A stretch of 64,000 nucleotides of DNA from Octopus vulgaris (lineage: Eukaryota), in NCBI GenBank assembly GCA_951406725.2, contig OX597825.1, positions 32,426,001 through 32,490,000 of the forward strand. The letters are read 5' to 3'. Under the pieces are notes generated by a model. The model did no database searches. It was not told the origin of the DNA and saw nothing but the letters and a program-made list of their open reading frames with translations. Shown here piece after piece: positions 42,251 to 56,190 of this stretch. How positions within the stretch are numbered: position 1 is the stretch's first letter; every line of letters begins with the position of its first letter. Position numbers and translations under genes: made by a program.

Positions 42251-43426
42251 CATTACTGGTACTTTAAACACTTCAGTTGCATATTTGTGTGAATAAAATC
42301 GTTTTTCTTTGGAACAGAAAAAAGTCTATCTTTATTTCTTCTTTTGCTGGTGTCTCAAATTTAGGTTAAATCAGTGTTTCCCAAAGGAGAGGCCTATGGG
42401 ACGGTCGGACAAGTTGTTTTGAGACAATTTGGTTTAAATGTTTGACAACTCAGCACCGTCCATTGGACGGTGGGGGGGGGCGTTTTGCTCGTAAATAATA
42501 TAAATATTGAATTTTAAAAATAAAAACAGCATTCATCAAGTCTATATTCATCTGTTTGATAATAGCATCGAGATTCTGGATAGGAGTCAGAGGCATTTTT
42601 GTTTTAGCATACAGCTGATTTTGACTGAAGAGACATGGATACATACTTTTAGAATACCACATGGCTGGGACAAGCTCTCATGATGGCGCTGCACTATCCA
42701 TAGAAGTAGGATGAGGTGATTCATCATCTTTATTGTCTTGAGTTGATACGTTACTCCTATGTTCTGCAGATTTACTTGGGAGTACACTTAGTTACTCAGA
42801 ATGGACATCTGGCACTGATTCTTTATCATTAACATCTAAGTTTTCCTTTATCGGAACAAAGAATAATTTTGTAAGAATTACCAATACAGCATCATTTTAA
42901 AGACTTTTTCGTTTAGAAACGTTTCCCTCCGCAACTCCAGGTAAAAGAAGTTTGAGAGAATATAATCAGAATACAAGCAAAAAGAAAACAGCTTCAAAAA
43001 TACATAAAAACAGGAACTGATCATAGTAATATCGACTCTGTTTAATCCTGTCACTGGCATTCTAAGCCAGGCAGTTTACACAAACCTCTGTTACTCCTAT
43101 GCCTGGATCAAATAAGTAGGCCTGATGCCAAAGTCAGTCAAATGTTAATAGAAAAAAATTTCAAGTGATAAGCAGCAAATCAAGGATTACAGATTAAGGA
43201 TTTCGTTTCTGTAAAATTATTTATCTTCAAAATTGTTTCACTTTCATGGGTTCCTAGAAACGAAAGAAGTGCCACAAACGCTTCAATAAATAGTTTTAAA
43301 AGAGATTATACAGTTCATGGATCCCTCTAAACCTCAAACACTCATAAGACGATATTTGAGCTTACAGATCTACTTTCACTTTTATCAAACAAAATGGCGT
43401 CTGCAGATTTAACGATCCAAATAAAA

Positions 43427-43540
43427 TTGTGAAGGAAGAAGGTATTTTGGATAGCAAACAATCTGATGACGGCGGAGAAACCGAAACATCATCGCCGTCA
43501 TCAGAATGTTTGCTATCCAAAATACTTTCTTCCTTCACAA
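43427..43540. repeat. 114-bp hairpin folded back inside an HHR motif (family I)
   Basis: 48-bp arms; + strand CTGATGA (43463-43469) c gg-cggagaaa-cc GAAAC (43483-43487), followed immediately by the inverted arm. Confidence 0.8.
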
Positions 43541-43589
43541 GGCGATAAAAGTGTAAGCATGTAAAACTAAGTGACTAAAATAATATTGC

Positions 43590-44000
43590 AAATTTCTTTT
43601 GGGTACCCCCTCGTACGAGTCATTCGTGGCCTTCTTTCCTCGGTCAAGTACCAGAAGTCACGACCGTTTCGGACAGTTACACTTAATACGGTTCGATCTG
43701 GTTGCCTCCCAAAAAGTCTAGGCTAAGAGCATTAGACCCCTTTGTAAGAAAGCTAGCGAATGTGAACGGCAACAAAGACAATAAATGGAGAAAATGGTAC
43801 ACGAAAAGACAAAAAAAAAAAAAACTCCGGAAAATATGGAACTCTAGTACGAATACAAACAAAAAGAAAATAGCAACAGGTATCTTTCGACTGAGAACGA
43901 ATCAAATTGAGCTGGTGTGTATGAAGTGAAAGCCTAAAGGCAGGAACATAGGAGATTGACATAAGTGGTGTTGGCGTTCGGCAATCAGGCCAAGAAGGAA
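43590..44000 (+). mobile_element. Decayed RTE-like LINE 5' UTR and start of apurinic-like endonuclease
   Basis: ORF 43702-43929 contains KLRKIWNSST...RLRTNQIELVCMK, loosely like the L.I.TWNVR....I..L.E start of LINE APE domains. Confidence 0.35.
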
Positions 44001-44037
44001 AGATCATATTTTATATATATATATTTATATATATAAG

Positions 44038-44317
44038 TTGAAAATGCACTGAGAATAGTTAAATTTTTTTATCATATTTAAATATTTAACCGTTTTCACA
44101 GTTTACATTGATTTTCAAAAGTTGAGATAGAAAGACGTGGGTTATGCCGCAAATCTCTTGATTCTGAGATAGAAAGACGTGGATTATGCCGCAAGACAGT
44201 TGTGTCATAACCCATGTGTTTCTATCTCAACTTTTGAAAATCAGTGTAAACTATGAAACCGGTTAAATCTTTAAATGTTATTAAAAAAATTATGAAATAT
44301 TCTCAGAGCATATTCAA
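44038..44317. mobile_element. Fold-back element with a U3-A8 HHR-like motif in each arm (family J), abutting (TA)n
   Basis: Inverted arms ttgaaaatgcactgagaata... / ...tattctcagagcatattcaa; + strand TTGAAAA tcagtgtaaactat GAAACCGGTT at 44234-44264; mirror at 44085-44121; internal 30-bp direct duplication at 44123-44152 and 44165-44194. Confidence 0.75.
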
Positions 44318-44746
44318 GTTCTATTTTTCCTGTATTTCTACCCGTGTGGAATAAAATAATTCTGTCTTCTATTTATTGATATGTGTGTGTGCGCGCGCGC
44401 GCGTGCATGTATATGTGTGTATAAACACACTCATAAACATACACACACACGCACATCAAAGCACGGGACGCCAAAGGCTGACAGTTCTGGGTCAGTCGCC
44501 CCACTGCAGTATCCAGTCTAATAAGGTGTCGACCATGAAACTCAAGCTAGGCTCGTGTGGCACAAGGCCATCTATTTCGGGGGAGGGATTGATTCGATTA
44601 CATTGACCCTGGTTCGAAACTGATACTTATTTTATCGACCCAGAAACGATGACAAGCAGAGTCGACCACGGTGGAATTTGAACTTAGAACCTAAAGACGG
44701 ATGAACTGCTGCTAAGTTCTTTGCGTGTTAACTCATTTCTATTATT

Positions 44747-44805
<59 letters not shown>

Positions 44806-45413
44806 GTATATATCTATGCATATGTGCGTGTGTGTCCGTGCGTGCGCGCACGTGTGTGTGTGTGTGTGTGTGTGTACGTGATAGATGACGAAAGATCGAA
44901 AAATACAAAAATATTTAGTGGCAATCAAACTCAGTTTCTCCAAATAAATGTATTGCTAGATGAACATTAACAATTACGCTACAGAAGACCTCAGAAAATT
45001 AATCCCAAATACGCTACGTGAACTTATGCAGTTGCTTGTCTTCTTAAATCATAAATGTGTTGAGCTACAATTCTGGCAATCAAGTACTTTTATTGTCTTA
45101 GTGCATCAGCAATAACCAGACACTTCATCTGTTTCTTAATTACAGTTAAAACTAATTCAGTGGAATTACTATACTCATGAAGAAGCGTATATCATGTTTA
45201 TAGTTGACAGATATAATGAGCATGTGTTGTGGTATCTCTAACAGTTGGCAAGATTGAACTTAGCATAAGACACATTTATATATCTTGGAGTTATATAAGA
45301 ATAGGTCAACGAGCCGTTATATATAGAGAGTTCATAGATGAAAATCAGATATTCTCCGTATGGAATATACTTGGTAGTGCTCAAGAGGTTTGAACCGGAG
45401 CAGGTAGAGGAGT

Positions 45414-45739
45414 AAATGTAAGGATAAGCAAGCTAGGTAGGTCAGTATACAAAGAATGTTAAAGACATGAAATACAAAAAAGTATACATCCTTACATACA
45501 AAAAGGTTGCTTTATACAGAATAGAAATGATATAAAGAATTAAAGAGGTTGAAGAAAAGTATTACAAACCAGAAACAGCTGTTGGGTTTGTAATACTCTT
45601 CTTCAACCCACTTAATTCTTGATATTTCTATTCTGTGTAAGTCGGACCTTTTTGTATGTAAACATGTATACTGTTTTGTATTTCATGTATTTAATATTCT
45701 TTGTATCTCAACCAACCTAACTTACTTATACTTACATTT
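45414..45739. mobile_element. Diverged fold-back element of about 326 bp centred on an HHR stem III (family K)
   Basis: Inverted arms converge on aacagctgtt (45574-45583); + strand TTGAAGA (45549-45555)...GAAAC AGCT GTT. Confidence 0.75.
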
Positions 45740-45761
45740 GTATGTGTGTGTGTGTGTGTAT

Positions 45762-45811
<50 letters not shown>

Positions 45812-45850
45812 GCATGTGTGCGCGCGCGTGTGTATAGGTGTAGTATCTCA

Positions 45851-46395
45851 TTCATTGGCATTTTGTGCAAATGATAATTTCAAGAGCATCATGTAGGCCC
45901 ATATCCTGTGACTGAATTGGGTTCATGTAGCACTTGACTGGTGCTGTCAAATGTAAGCATAACAGGCCGGATATTGCTGTTTGGGACAGAGGGGCAAAGG
46001 TATGTACCATCATAGAGGTTAGCTGCCCTGCAGATGTAAATATCTCTTTGAAAATCAAGGAAAAAGAGGATATCTATGGACAATTGCTTCGAAGCCTCTA
46101 GCTTCTATATCCAGACTATGAATTCATATTCATACCAATAATAATTGGAGTACTAGGTTTTGTTAGTAAATGCTTAAAGGAGAATCTGGATAAACTGGGA
46201 TTTTCAAAAAGAGAAATCAATCGGCTAATTCGTACATTACAAGTGCAATCAGTGAGTGGAACAGTAAAATTATGCGAGACTTTTCTCAAGTTCCAAATGT
46301 GAATTTGTCTGTGTTAACAACATCCCAAAGATGGAACCTTGTATCTTAGTTGGAAAACGGCTCCCTCCTCACTGGAAGGATTATAATAATTAAAA
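45851..46395 (+). mobile_element. 3' end of an RLE-type non-LTR retrotransposon (R4/Dong-like), decayed
   Basis: 45943-46302 in frame: AVKCKHNRPDIAVWDRGAKVCTIIEVSCPADVNISLKIKEKEDIYGQL...IPIIIGVLG...FQM*, a PD..E...K..KY-type restriction-like endonuclease with one internal stop; short 3' UTR ending in ataataat. Confidence 0.85.
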
Positions 46396-46874
46396 AAAAT
46401 AGAAGGGACACACATACATGTGCACATAGACAATCACACAAATATGCAATAAGTTCTAAATATATAAGGAATATGTAGCAATGTCTCGCCTATTTGTTGT
46501 TTAAATGAAATACAATTATGATTCACATTTTTGAAATATCTTCCATCTGGTTATACTAAGATTCCTTCTGACTTCAGTGTAAATGTATGCAGCGGTTTAT
46601 ACGCTGTTACTTACAGTAATGTAATTCAACTGTTATCACAAGCAACACTAGTAATCGGCTGAGTAAATATATTGTCCAGGGGTGAATATTGGAACCTAAG
46701 ATCATAATTTTTTTCAGCATCTTTCAGAATATACAATATGTCACTTCAAGATAGTATTTTTGACATTTGTATATTAATAATTTTACATGATATACGTTGA
46801 TTTTGATTCTGGGTCTTAGCTTTGAATTTGTGCAAAACAGAATTATTCAATTCTTATGTGATAATTATATTCCG

Positions 46875-46928
<54 letters not shown>

Positions 46929-46984
46929 TTCATATGTGTGTGTGTCTATGTGTGTGTGCGTGCGTGTGTGTATGTGTGCGTAAT

Positions 46985-47340
46985 AGGCCCAGGCATGGCT
47001 GTGTGGTAAGAAGTTTGCTTCCCAACCATATGGTCGATAAATTAAGTACCAGTTACGCACTGGGGTCGATGTAATCGACTTAATCTCTTTTCTGTCTTTG
47101 TTTGTCCCCTCTGTGTGCAGCCCCTTGTGGGCAGTAAAGAAATAAGTAACGTTAACACGCCGGGCGAAACGCTTAGCGGTATTTCGTCTGTCTTTACGTT
47201 CTTAGTTCAATTTCCGCCGAGGTCAACTTTGCCTTTCATCCTTTCAGGGTCGATAAATTAAGTAGCAGTTGCGTACTGGGGCCGATCTTATCGACTCGCT
47301 CCTCCCCCAAAATTTAGGGCCTTGTGCCTAACGTAGAAAA
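46985..47340 (+). mobile_element. SINE cluster: family B head, family A 3' half, then family A
   Basis: ggcatggctgtgtggtaagaag... joined to ggtcgataaattaagtacc...gtaaagaaata, then acgttaacacgccgggcgaaac... Confidence 0.8.
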
Positions 47341-47433
47341 TTTTGAATTGTTTACAATATATCCTCAGTAATGCATTTTTATATTCATTCATTCATTCCT
47401 CATTGTCAAGAGTTGGTATATATATATACATAT

Positions 47434-47971
47434 GTATATCTTACTATAATTGGCCTTATGTCCGTCCGTCCGTCCGTTTGTCCGTGACCTTTTCACGGCC
47501 AATCGTCCGTTCATACTTTCACGAAACTTGGTAGTCTTACTATGGAGGTCTCGAGAATGGTTTATATCAGGTTTTAAAAAATTCTATTGGAAATACTTGC
47601 TACACTGCTTCGATGATTCGTACGAAACAAAGGAAGCCATTTCTGTAAAAGATTCCTTTTATATATGGAGAAAGAGAGACAGAGAGAGAGACAAAGACGG
47701 AGACTGTGTGTATGTCTGTGTGTGGGTTTTTTTTTCTAACCCCATCAACACCGGGCACTGTAACAAAACAGAAAAAAAACCCCAACCTAAATGGCATTTA
47801 TGAAAGATCAAACAGTACTTTCAATTTCTCTTTCATTAATATCTCTACAACGGTTCTGGGTATTGATGGAGTGTGCGACACACAAAGTGTGTGAGACACA
47901 CACACACAGACACACACAGAGACAGCGAAAAACACGGACACACAGAAACAGGAAAAAAGACACGCTCTGTA

Positions 47972-48050
<79 letters not shown>

Positions 48051-48103
48051 ATTTTCTTTTACTCCATTAACACATTGATTGGAGGCACGAAACCGAAATT
48101 GAC

Positions 48104-48140
<37 letters not shown>

Positions 48141-48512
48141 GAGAAGAGAGAGAGAGAAAAACACAGACCGACGGAAAGAGAGAGAAGAAGATAGTGTGCG
48201 TGTGGGAGTCTGCGTGCGTTTCTTTTAACCCCATCAACACACTTCCTCTACAACGAAGTCAATTTGGTACAGCACCCAGCAGAAAAAATTTAAAAATTAA
48301 AAAATACAGACACAGAATAAGAGACAGCGAGAAACAAACACAGACACACACAAAGACAGAGAGAGAGAGAAAGACAGGGTGTGTGTGTGCGGGGGTGTCC
48401 TTTTATCTTAACCCCATCAATACCATTGCTGTACAACGATGTCAATTAGCGATGCAATTGAAGCATTCTCTCAATATGAGGGGACGAAATTCTCCTGATG
48501 CAACTTTCTAAG
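47434..48512 (+). mobile_element. Helitron-like non-autonomous element with internal sub-repeats and microsatellites
   Basis: Starts a/tcttactataat then (GTCC)n and ttcacgaaacttggta; repeated aaccccatcaacac units at about 47738, 48227 and 48409; degenerate hairpin-like 3' end. Confidence 0.5.
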
Positions 48513-49615
48513 CGACATCGGATCTGGAAACAACCACACGCATTACACAAACAACCACACACATTACAGACATATAACAGCACTTATACACAAACACACG
48601 CATGTGTAAAGAAAATGAAATACAGGAAGAGCAACAAGGATAGACCGATATGTGCACCGCCACACATATACAAACCTTCTTATATATTTAATACAATTTT
48701 CTTATCATTGGAAGTGTTATAATATAATGTATTATATGTAAAGTTTATACGTATACATCAACTTAATAACTACAATACTTCAATCTAGACTATTATACAC
48801 AAATATTCTGCAAACAACATAAAATTATGAATATTTATCAATATGTAGATATTTCCGCAATTCCATGAAGTGCCATCGTTTTATTGAAGAGATTTTGAAG
48901 GGAAAATCACCAAAGATACCAGCGATTAACATGGAGGAAAATATAGTAAGCAGAAACACACAGACATATATAGACACAGACACACACTCACACACACAGA
49001 CATACACACACATGAAAACAAATACGTAAAAATCATATAAGCATATCGTTATATAACACGTATAAGCGTCTGTGTGGAACATATATTACATAACGTGTGT
49101 ATGTGAATGTAACTCCGGCACACAACGCTCATCCATTATGTAAATTTATACGGTTTTGTGCTGTTTTACATACGTACGGCGTAGAGAATAATTTATTGTA
49201 GCCAGGAGCGTAATGCAGTGCTAACAGTGGTTTTTTTTTTTGGTTTATATACACATGCACATACGCGCACGCAATCACACACACGCACGCATACGCACAC
49301 ATTAACACAAACACATTTGTGTATGTATACACATCAATATATTTGTACGTACGTACGTACGAATATATGAGTGGATGTAGACACACTCATATATAATTCC
49401 GTATTTATGCTTCCAAGTATGAACGCATGTAAACTGTATATATCTATAAAAGAGGGACCTAAAGAGATACAGAAAGGGAGAATCGCAGAGAGAAAGAGAA
49501 TGAGAGAGAGAGAGAGAAGTAAGAGAATGAGTGAGAGAGAAATTACTTATACAAAGCTATTATTTCTTAGAAACATTACCATACGGTTTCTCAATAAATA
49601 AGGTTAATTTACGTA

Positions 49616-49703
<88 letters not shown>

Positions 49704-49715
49704 GTATATATATGT

Positions 49716-49774
<59 letters not shown>

Positions 49775-49775
49775 C

Positions 49776-49807
<32 letters not shown>

Positions 49808-50020
49808 AAAATACAGAAAGAGAGAGAAAGAAAGAGAAAGGGAGAGTGAAAGAGAGAGAGAGAAGAAAAGAGGGACAGTGGGTGTATACATGAATGTCTT
49901 TCTATATCTGTATATCAATATATATAGTCACATTGTATATATTAGGTACCTTTCTTGTGTGTAAACATAAATTATCACCTCTCAAGCTATATATACATAT
50001 ATGTATGTATGTGTATATAT

Positions 50021-50080
<60 letters not shown>

Positions 50081-50639
50081 ATACATATATATATTCATCC
50101 TTACATATGTATATATCTATATAAATATGTGTATATATTTGTACAAATATATATATGTACGTGTAACAATGCCTACATGTGCATACGTGAGTGTATGTTG
50201 AATCTATAAATGTCTATCCAGTTATGTCCGTGCAATGTCGTGTAATTACGCAAATATTTAAGCAATATATATGTGCAGCAACGCTAAACAAAGAAAATAC
50301 TATGAAGTATTTAACATGTAACAGCCAACATTATTTAACCGCAAACGAAAGAGTTCTTTGTGCGGTGGACATATCATAAACCTCTACCGAATTGTTCGGA
50401 AAGGTCAACATGATCAACAACGTGTCTAGTAAGATATAAACATACTATCTGTTTTGGCAGATATCAATGACATAGTCTGCAGAGAATCTAGTTAATGTCA
50501 CGTTGTGAACATAAACCAAACATGAAATACGATGCTTCTGCAAACTACCAACAGCACACATTTAATGTGTGTAGTGTTGAAAAGCCTCTGAATGAAAGTG
50601 AAATGAATATCGTGGTCATATACATACGTACGTACGTGG

Positions 50640-50971
<332 letters not shown>

Positions 50972-53392
50972 TGTTGAATTCTCTCACTGTAAAATATTTA
51001 TCTGATGTATCTGCTTTCTTTAATTTCTGTTCTGAACCTGCTGTCAGTTAAGATGGCCGCCAAATCGATAAGTTGTTTTAGTTGTTCTTGGAGAAAGAAG
51101 ACAACTAGCCGATGGTTCGTTATCTTTCCACCGACTTTGTTACCGCCTGCTGTTAGGCCATTTTATTTTGAACAGCAACATTTCGCCAGATGTAACAATT
51201 ATATCGTGGTAGTGTTTCTATTGTAAACCAGAAACGACCCAGATTTGGAAGTCCTGAAGTACGTTCCATCGTGGCTTAATTCAGAAAAGATCAAAACGAC
51301 AGAACACATTACTTTTGAAATGTTTGATGGTGGTGTCTTAGTGACGTTGATAACGTTGGGATGAGAAGTCGATCATTTAATTTTTTTTTGTTTTCATTGC
51401 TGAGACTATCGTCGGTCGCAACTCGAACTAGAAATATCACCGTTTTTTTTATCTCCCGGTAACCGAATGTGTATTTTAACATTGAAAACAGTGTAAACAG
51501 ACGGGTCACATAACAAGTACGTTACAAGGGTACGTGATCGACTTCGATGGAGATATCCCTTAATAAGACCAACAAAGAAGCCTCTAGGTGTCTGCTGGGG
51601 CTCTGAAAAGTAACAGTTAAAGCTACCCTCATATATTATTTTATGATTATCTCTATAGATTTTCTACAGAATTCAGAGCCAGCGTAGACGTAAAATGAGA
51701 TTAAAAATTCTGTTAACCTACGGTAAGACACAGTATTGCTTTGATAAATCCTATAATATATTAAATCGTCAATTGTGGTAACTAAACGAAATACTTTTGC
51801 CTTGCTAGCAATTAAATACCTGCTTATTGTCTTATAACAGGAGGACATACTGGACATTGCGTTCCTAGATGTACTACGCCTAGACAAACAAGCTAAATAT
51901 GGAATACCTTTGATCAGAGATTTGCACGATTATGGCTGAGATGAGGTTTAACAACAGCAACTATATATAAATCTATACATTTTCAACTTAAAACAAAAAA
52001 CGGAAAGTCTAGAAACATATTCCCCTTCTGTAGCATTTTTGTTTGAAACCTGAACTGATGTTGTGTCTACATGAAAGACTCGGATCTAATTAGTCTTTCT
52101 ACTATATGGCCTGAAATTTTGGAAGGCGGTGATAGTCGATGAAAGGACAAGCCTATCCCAGCTTCATTTGAACTCAGAACAAAGCGTCAGATGAATAGCT
52201 GCCAAACATTTTGTCCGGCTCAGTAACTGTTCTGCCAACTCGCCATGTTGTGACTCGAATCTAATAATCCTTTCTAAGGCACAAAGCCTGAATTTTTAGA
52301 GAAGTGGATTACAGCGGCTCCAGTATTCAAGTGGTACTTATTTTATCGACCCCGAAAGAATGAAAGGCAAAATCGACCTCGGCGGAATTAGGTTCGACTC
52401 TAATATCAATGAATTAATGAAGACTTACAAAGCAAACCACGAGTTAACATCAAAAGACACAACTTTGTTCCTGCATCATACTTAGTCATTGACATACTTA
52501 TTTTCCACCCTCATCTTTAAACCTTATTTGACGTTACTCAACCTTCCTATTTGTGGTCTTCCTGTACGCCTTTACCGTGAATTTCTCCAGTCACGATAAT
52601 GTTCACCAGAGGTAGGAGCCATGAAGTCGAGACAGAGGCAAACCACACAAAATTCCACCTTTTGAACGAGGGACAGAAAATACTCATGGTTTATTGTGTC
52701 TAAGTAAACAATTTATTTCGTCATTCTCTCGTCATTTTCTACATACAGAATGCGAAGAGTCTCTCTGCAGCAATTCATTTCAAAAGCCATGATCTTTTTC
52801 TCACTTTCAGCAAAATTATATAACTGTTTTCACCACTCCTGACAGTGAAGAGGTCGACAGACACTAGTCACGTACATAAATCACGTACCTCTTGTGTTAA
52901 GTGGAAAGAGACACATCTACTCCAACATAAATATTTGTCAATCGCAATTAGCTTTACCAAAATGTCTAGTTTTTATTTTCGACAGACAGCTAGAGAAACT
53001 GAGGAATGTAGAAAGAATGAGAATGAATATAGAAAGAATGAGAATTAATGCAGAAAGAATAAAAAGAAATAACTAACTGCCGACAAAGAATTAGAACTTA
53101 CATTGTACGATTTGATAAGCTAGTGCTTATAATGTTTCTATACATTGGAACAAATTAAAACCGTGGCTGTGCAGTCAAGATATAACAGAATTGAGTATCT
53201 TTAGTGGAATATCTAGATTATATAGAATAATTTATGACAACATAACTATTGATTGTCCTCCTGGGTTTCATTTAGTAAGAAGAATGGGGTGAACGACAAC
53301 AAAAATACCCCGAAGACATTCGGCATGTTAAATCACTTGCATTTCTTTGATTAAAGATAACTAAGAACGATGACGGTGGCAACAACAACAGG

Positions 53393-53424
<32 letters not shown>

Positions 53425-53927
53425 AAGCAGCAACACTCTCGCAAATAATAATAACTACCATAAACGATAATAACAACCAGCAGCAACAGCGACAGCAACA
53501 AGAACAACATCAGCAACACGAAGAAAGATAATAACAGCAACAGTGACGATAATAGAAGCAACAAACAAGGAAACGAAAGCAACTGAAATCTCAACAGCAA
53601 TAGTAATAATAGCAACAACAACAACAACAACAACAACAACGACGACGACAACAACAACAACAACAACATAAACAGCAGCAGCAGCAGCAGCAGCCACAAT
53701 AAAAAGATTTTAGTAACCGAAATAGAAGAGAAAGCCAATGACCTAATATATTCTTAGAATATCTTCGCCGCCAGCACCAAAAGTAAAGGGAAATAAAATA
53801 TAATTACAAATGTAACAGAGTAGTTTCTACGGAGAAGATCTGCTAGAAATACCAACCAAATTCCCCTCAAATCACCTCTTATGGTTTTATGTTATATATA
53901 TATATATATAACATAAAACCGTAAGAG

Positions 53928-53972
<45 letters not shown>

Positions 53973-53974
53973 TA

Positions 53975-54258
53975 TGCGCCATTTTCAGGCCTAGCCAGGC
54001 TCATGGGCCCGGTTTCCCGGTTTCTGTGGTGTATGTGTTCCCCCCAGCTGGACGGGATGCCAGTCCATCGCAGCGTTACTCAAGAAACAGGAAGAGAGAG
54101 TGAGAGAAAGTTGGGGCGAAAGAGTACAACAGGTGTCGCTACCACCCGCTGACGTGTTTTCGTTCAATAAACACACACAACGCCCGGTCTGGGAATCGAA
54201 ACCGTGAACCTCGGACTGCAAGTCCGCTGCCCTAACCACTGGGCCATTGCGCCTCCAC
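53975..54258 (-). mobile_element. SINE family C variant
   Basis: Minus-strand head ggaggcgcaatggcccagtggttagggcagcggacttgcagtccgaggttcacggtttcgattccc; tail ccgggaaaccgggcccatgagcctggctaggc shared with 56464-56720. Confidence 0.85.
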
Positions 54259-54264
54259 TATGTA

Positions 54265-54318
<54 letters not shown>

Positions 54319-54320
<2 letters not shown>

Positions 54321-54538
54321 CGAGAGAGTGTTGAAAAGTTTCTGGCTTTAAAGATATCGCGAAAGGCCAAGCTGGAGGCCCAAACTTCCAGTTCTTTTAC
54401 AGAGCTTAAAAAAGCTGAAGGACCGCTGCAATAAGTGTGTGAATCTGAGAGGGGAATCTATTGGATAAAATCATAATTAATTTATCCTCCTGTATTTTCT
54501 TTTACCCAAAGCCCGGTACTATTCAGCGTCTCCTCATA
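54319..54538 (+). mobile_element. mariner-derived MITE
   Basis: Degenerate TIRs tacgagagagtgttgaaaagtttctggcttt and aaagcccggtactattcagcgtctcctcata; internal KKLKDRCNKCVNLRGES resembles a mariner transposase C-terminus. Confidence 0.72.
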
Positions 54539-54561
54539 CACACACACACACACACACACAT

Positions 54562-54634
<73 letters not shown>

Positions 54635-54759
54635 TACACACACACACGCATACTATCATAAATTCAGACAAGCAAAAGTGGGCATAACTTTTTAAACTGT
54701 CGCACGTTGTTCAAACTATACATTATGATAAAGTAATTCTACATAGGGGCAAATATCGC

Positions 54760-54915
54760 ATTGAAGTAACGTGCTGTCATTGAGTTCATGAGGAAGGAGG
54801 GACGCAAGCTGCTGACACCCACAGAAGACTGCATTCTGTTGACAATAGCAATGTACACAGATGGATAAACGTTTAAGGAGAAACTACGCAGTGCGGCACA
54901 GCAGCGAGTGGACAA
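54760..54915 (+). pseudogene. mariner transposase N-terminal HTH fragment
   Basis: RAVIEFMRKEG / AADTHRRLHSV / NVHRW / RSG, with frameshifts. Confidence 0.55.
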
Positions 54916-56190
54916 ATTGATTCATATGGATAGATGAGTCCCAGTACGTATGTGTGTTTGCGGCGTAATTGGGCTGTAATCAGAATGCGTAACAGAAGAC
55001 AGTGAGAGGCTTCTAATGTAAGGAGAATGTGTGAAAAATGAGAAACTCGGCAGTTGACACTCGATTAGATAAAAAGGGAATCGAGAAAATATGCTTTGAT
55101 ATTCAATTGCCATATGAAGCGGCCATAGATTAGGCTAGCCACCTAGTGGATAGCTTTTGCAGTGTATTTCTACATTTTAAAGTCTCATTGGTGATTAAAC
55201 TATATACATTATATGCATAATACAATGTGAAAGAGAATAGAAATATTTTCTGTTGGTATTCCAGTTCGCTACATCACCGTGACTAGCTCCGGAGAGAAAA
55301 CCGGAAAGTGAGTGAGATATGAAAACAAATGACACTGAAAGCACGGACACACCCATTGGTTGAAACCATTAAAGATAGACAAAAGAGACATTCCTTTTAT
55401 GCTTTTGATGAAAAAAAAAGATCCTTCCATTCTTAGGCGACAGTCTAATGCTCGTGTGCTTTACAAAGGGTAAATAGATTGGGGAAGAAAACCAGATATG
55501 ATTTCCATGTGGAGCGATCAAAAAATTGTGAAACGGTCCTTCACGGAACATTCGCACATTAAAAACATCGAAGCAATCTCTTATCTGCTTATTCCACCCG
55601 CACCCAAATTTGGCAATATTTTAATTAATTTAAACTCTTCTGATTCCCTAAACATACATACATACATACATACATGCATGCATGCATACATACATACATA
55701 CATACATACATACATACATACATACATACATACATACATACATACATACATACTTATGTACGTGTGCGCGCCCGCGTGTGTATATAAATATATGTATGTA
55801 CATATAGGTGTACATGCATACTTATATGTACACGCACATGCACACACACACACACATATATATATATGTATATGTAAACATGCATATATGTATATACATA
55901 TATTTATACATAACATAAAAGATTTGGAATCTGGGCAGGTGCCTTATTAGCACTATGATATAATCCACATCTGGCTAACCACATCGAATGACAGGTAATA
56001 TATATAATTTTTTTCAGATAAACAATTACATGTTACATCATTCGACAGGTAAATCCTGATTTCACTCTTTGGATTTTATACAGAAGTCAGTATATATAAT
56101 CAAAACATCATAAAAAAAGAATGTAGAATTATACATCCTCAAAACCTGTTTCTTACAGTATTATTTACAAATCATTTACGTTAAAATTTC

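Noticed and set aside
42560-42870. Complex sequence that might be a transposase or exon
   Set aside because: Short ORFs only and no motif I could recognise
47700-48440. Spaced repeats of aaccccatcaacac, superficially CRISPR-like
   Set aside because: Eukaryotic context, irregular spacing, mixed orientation and homologous spacers; better explained as internal repeats of a Helitron-like element
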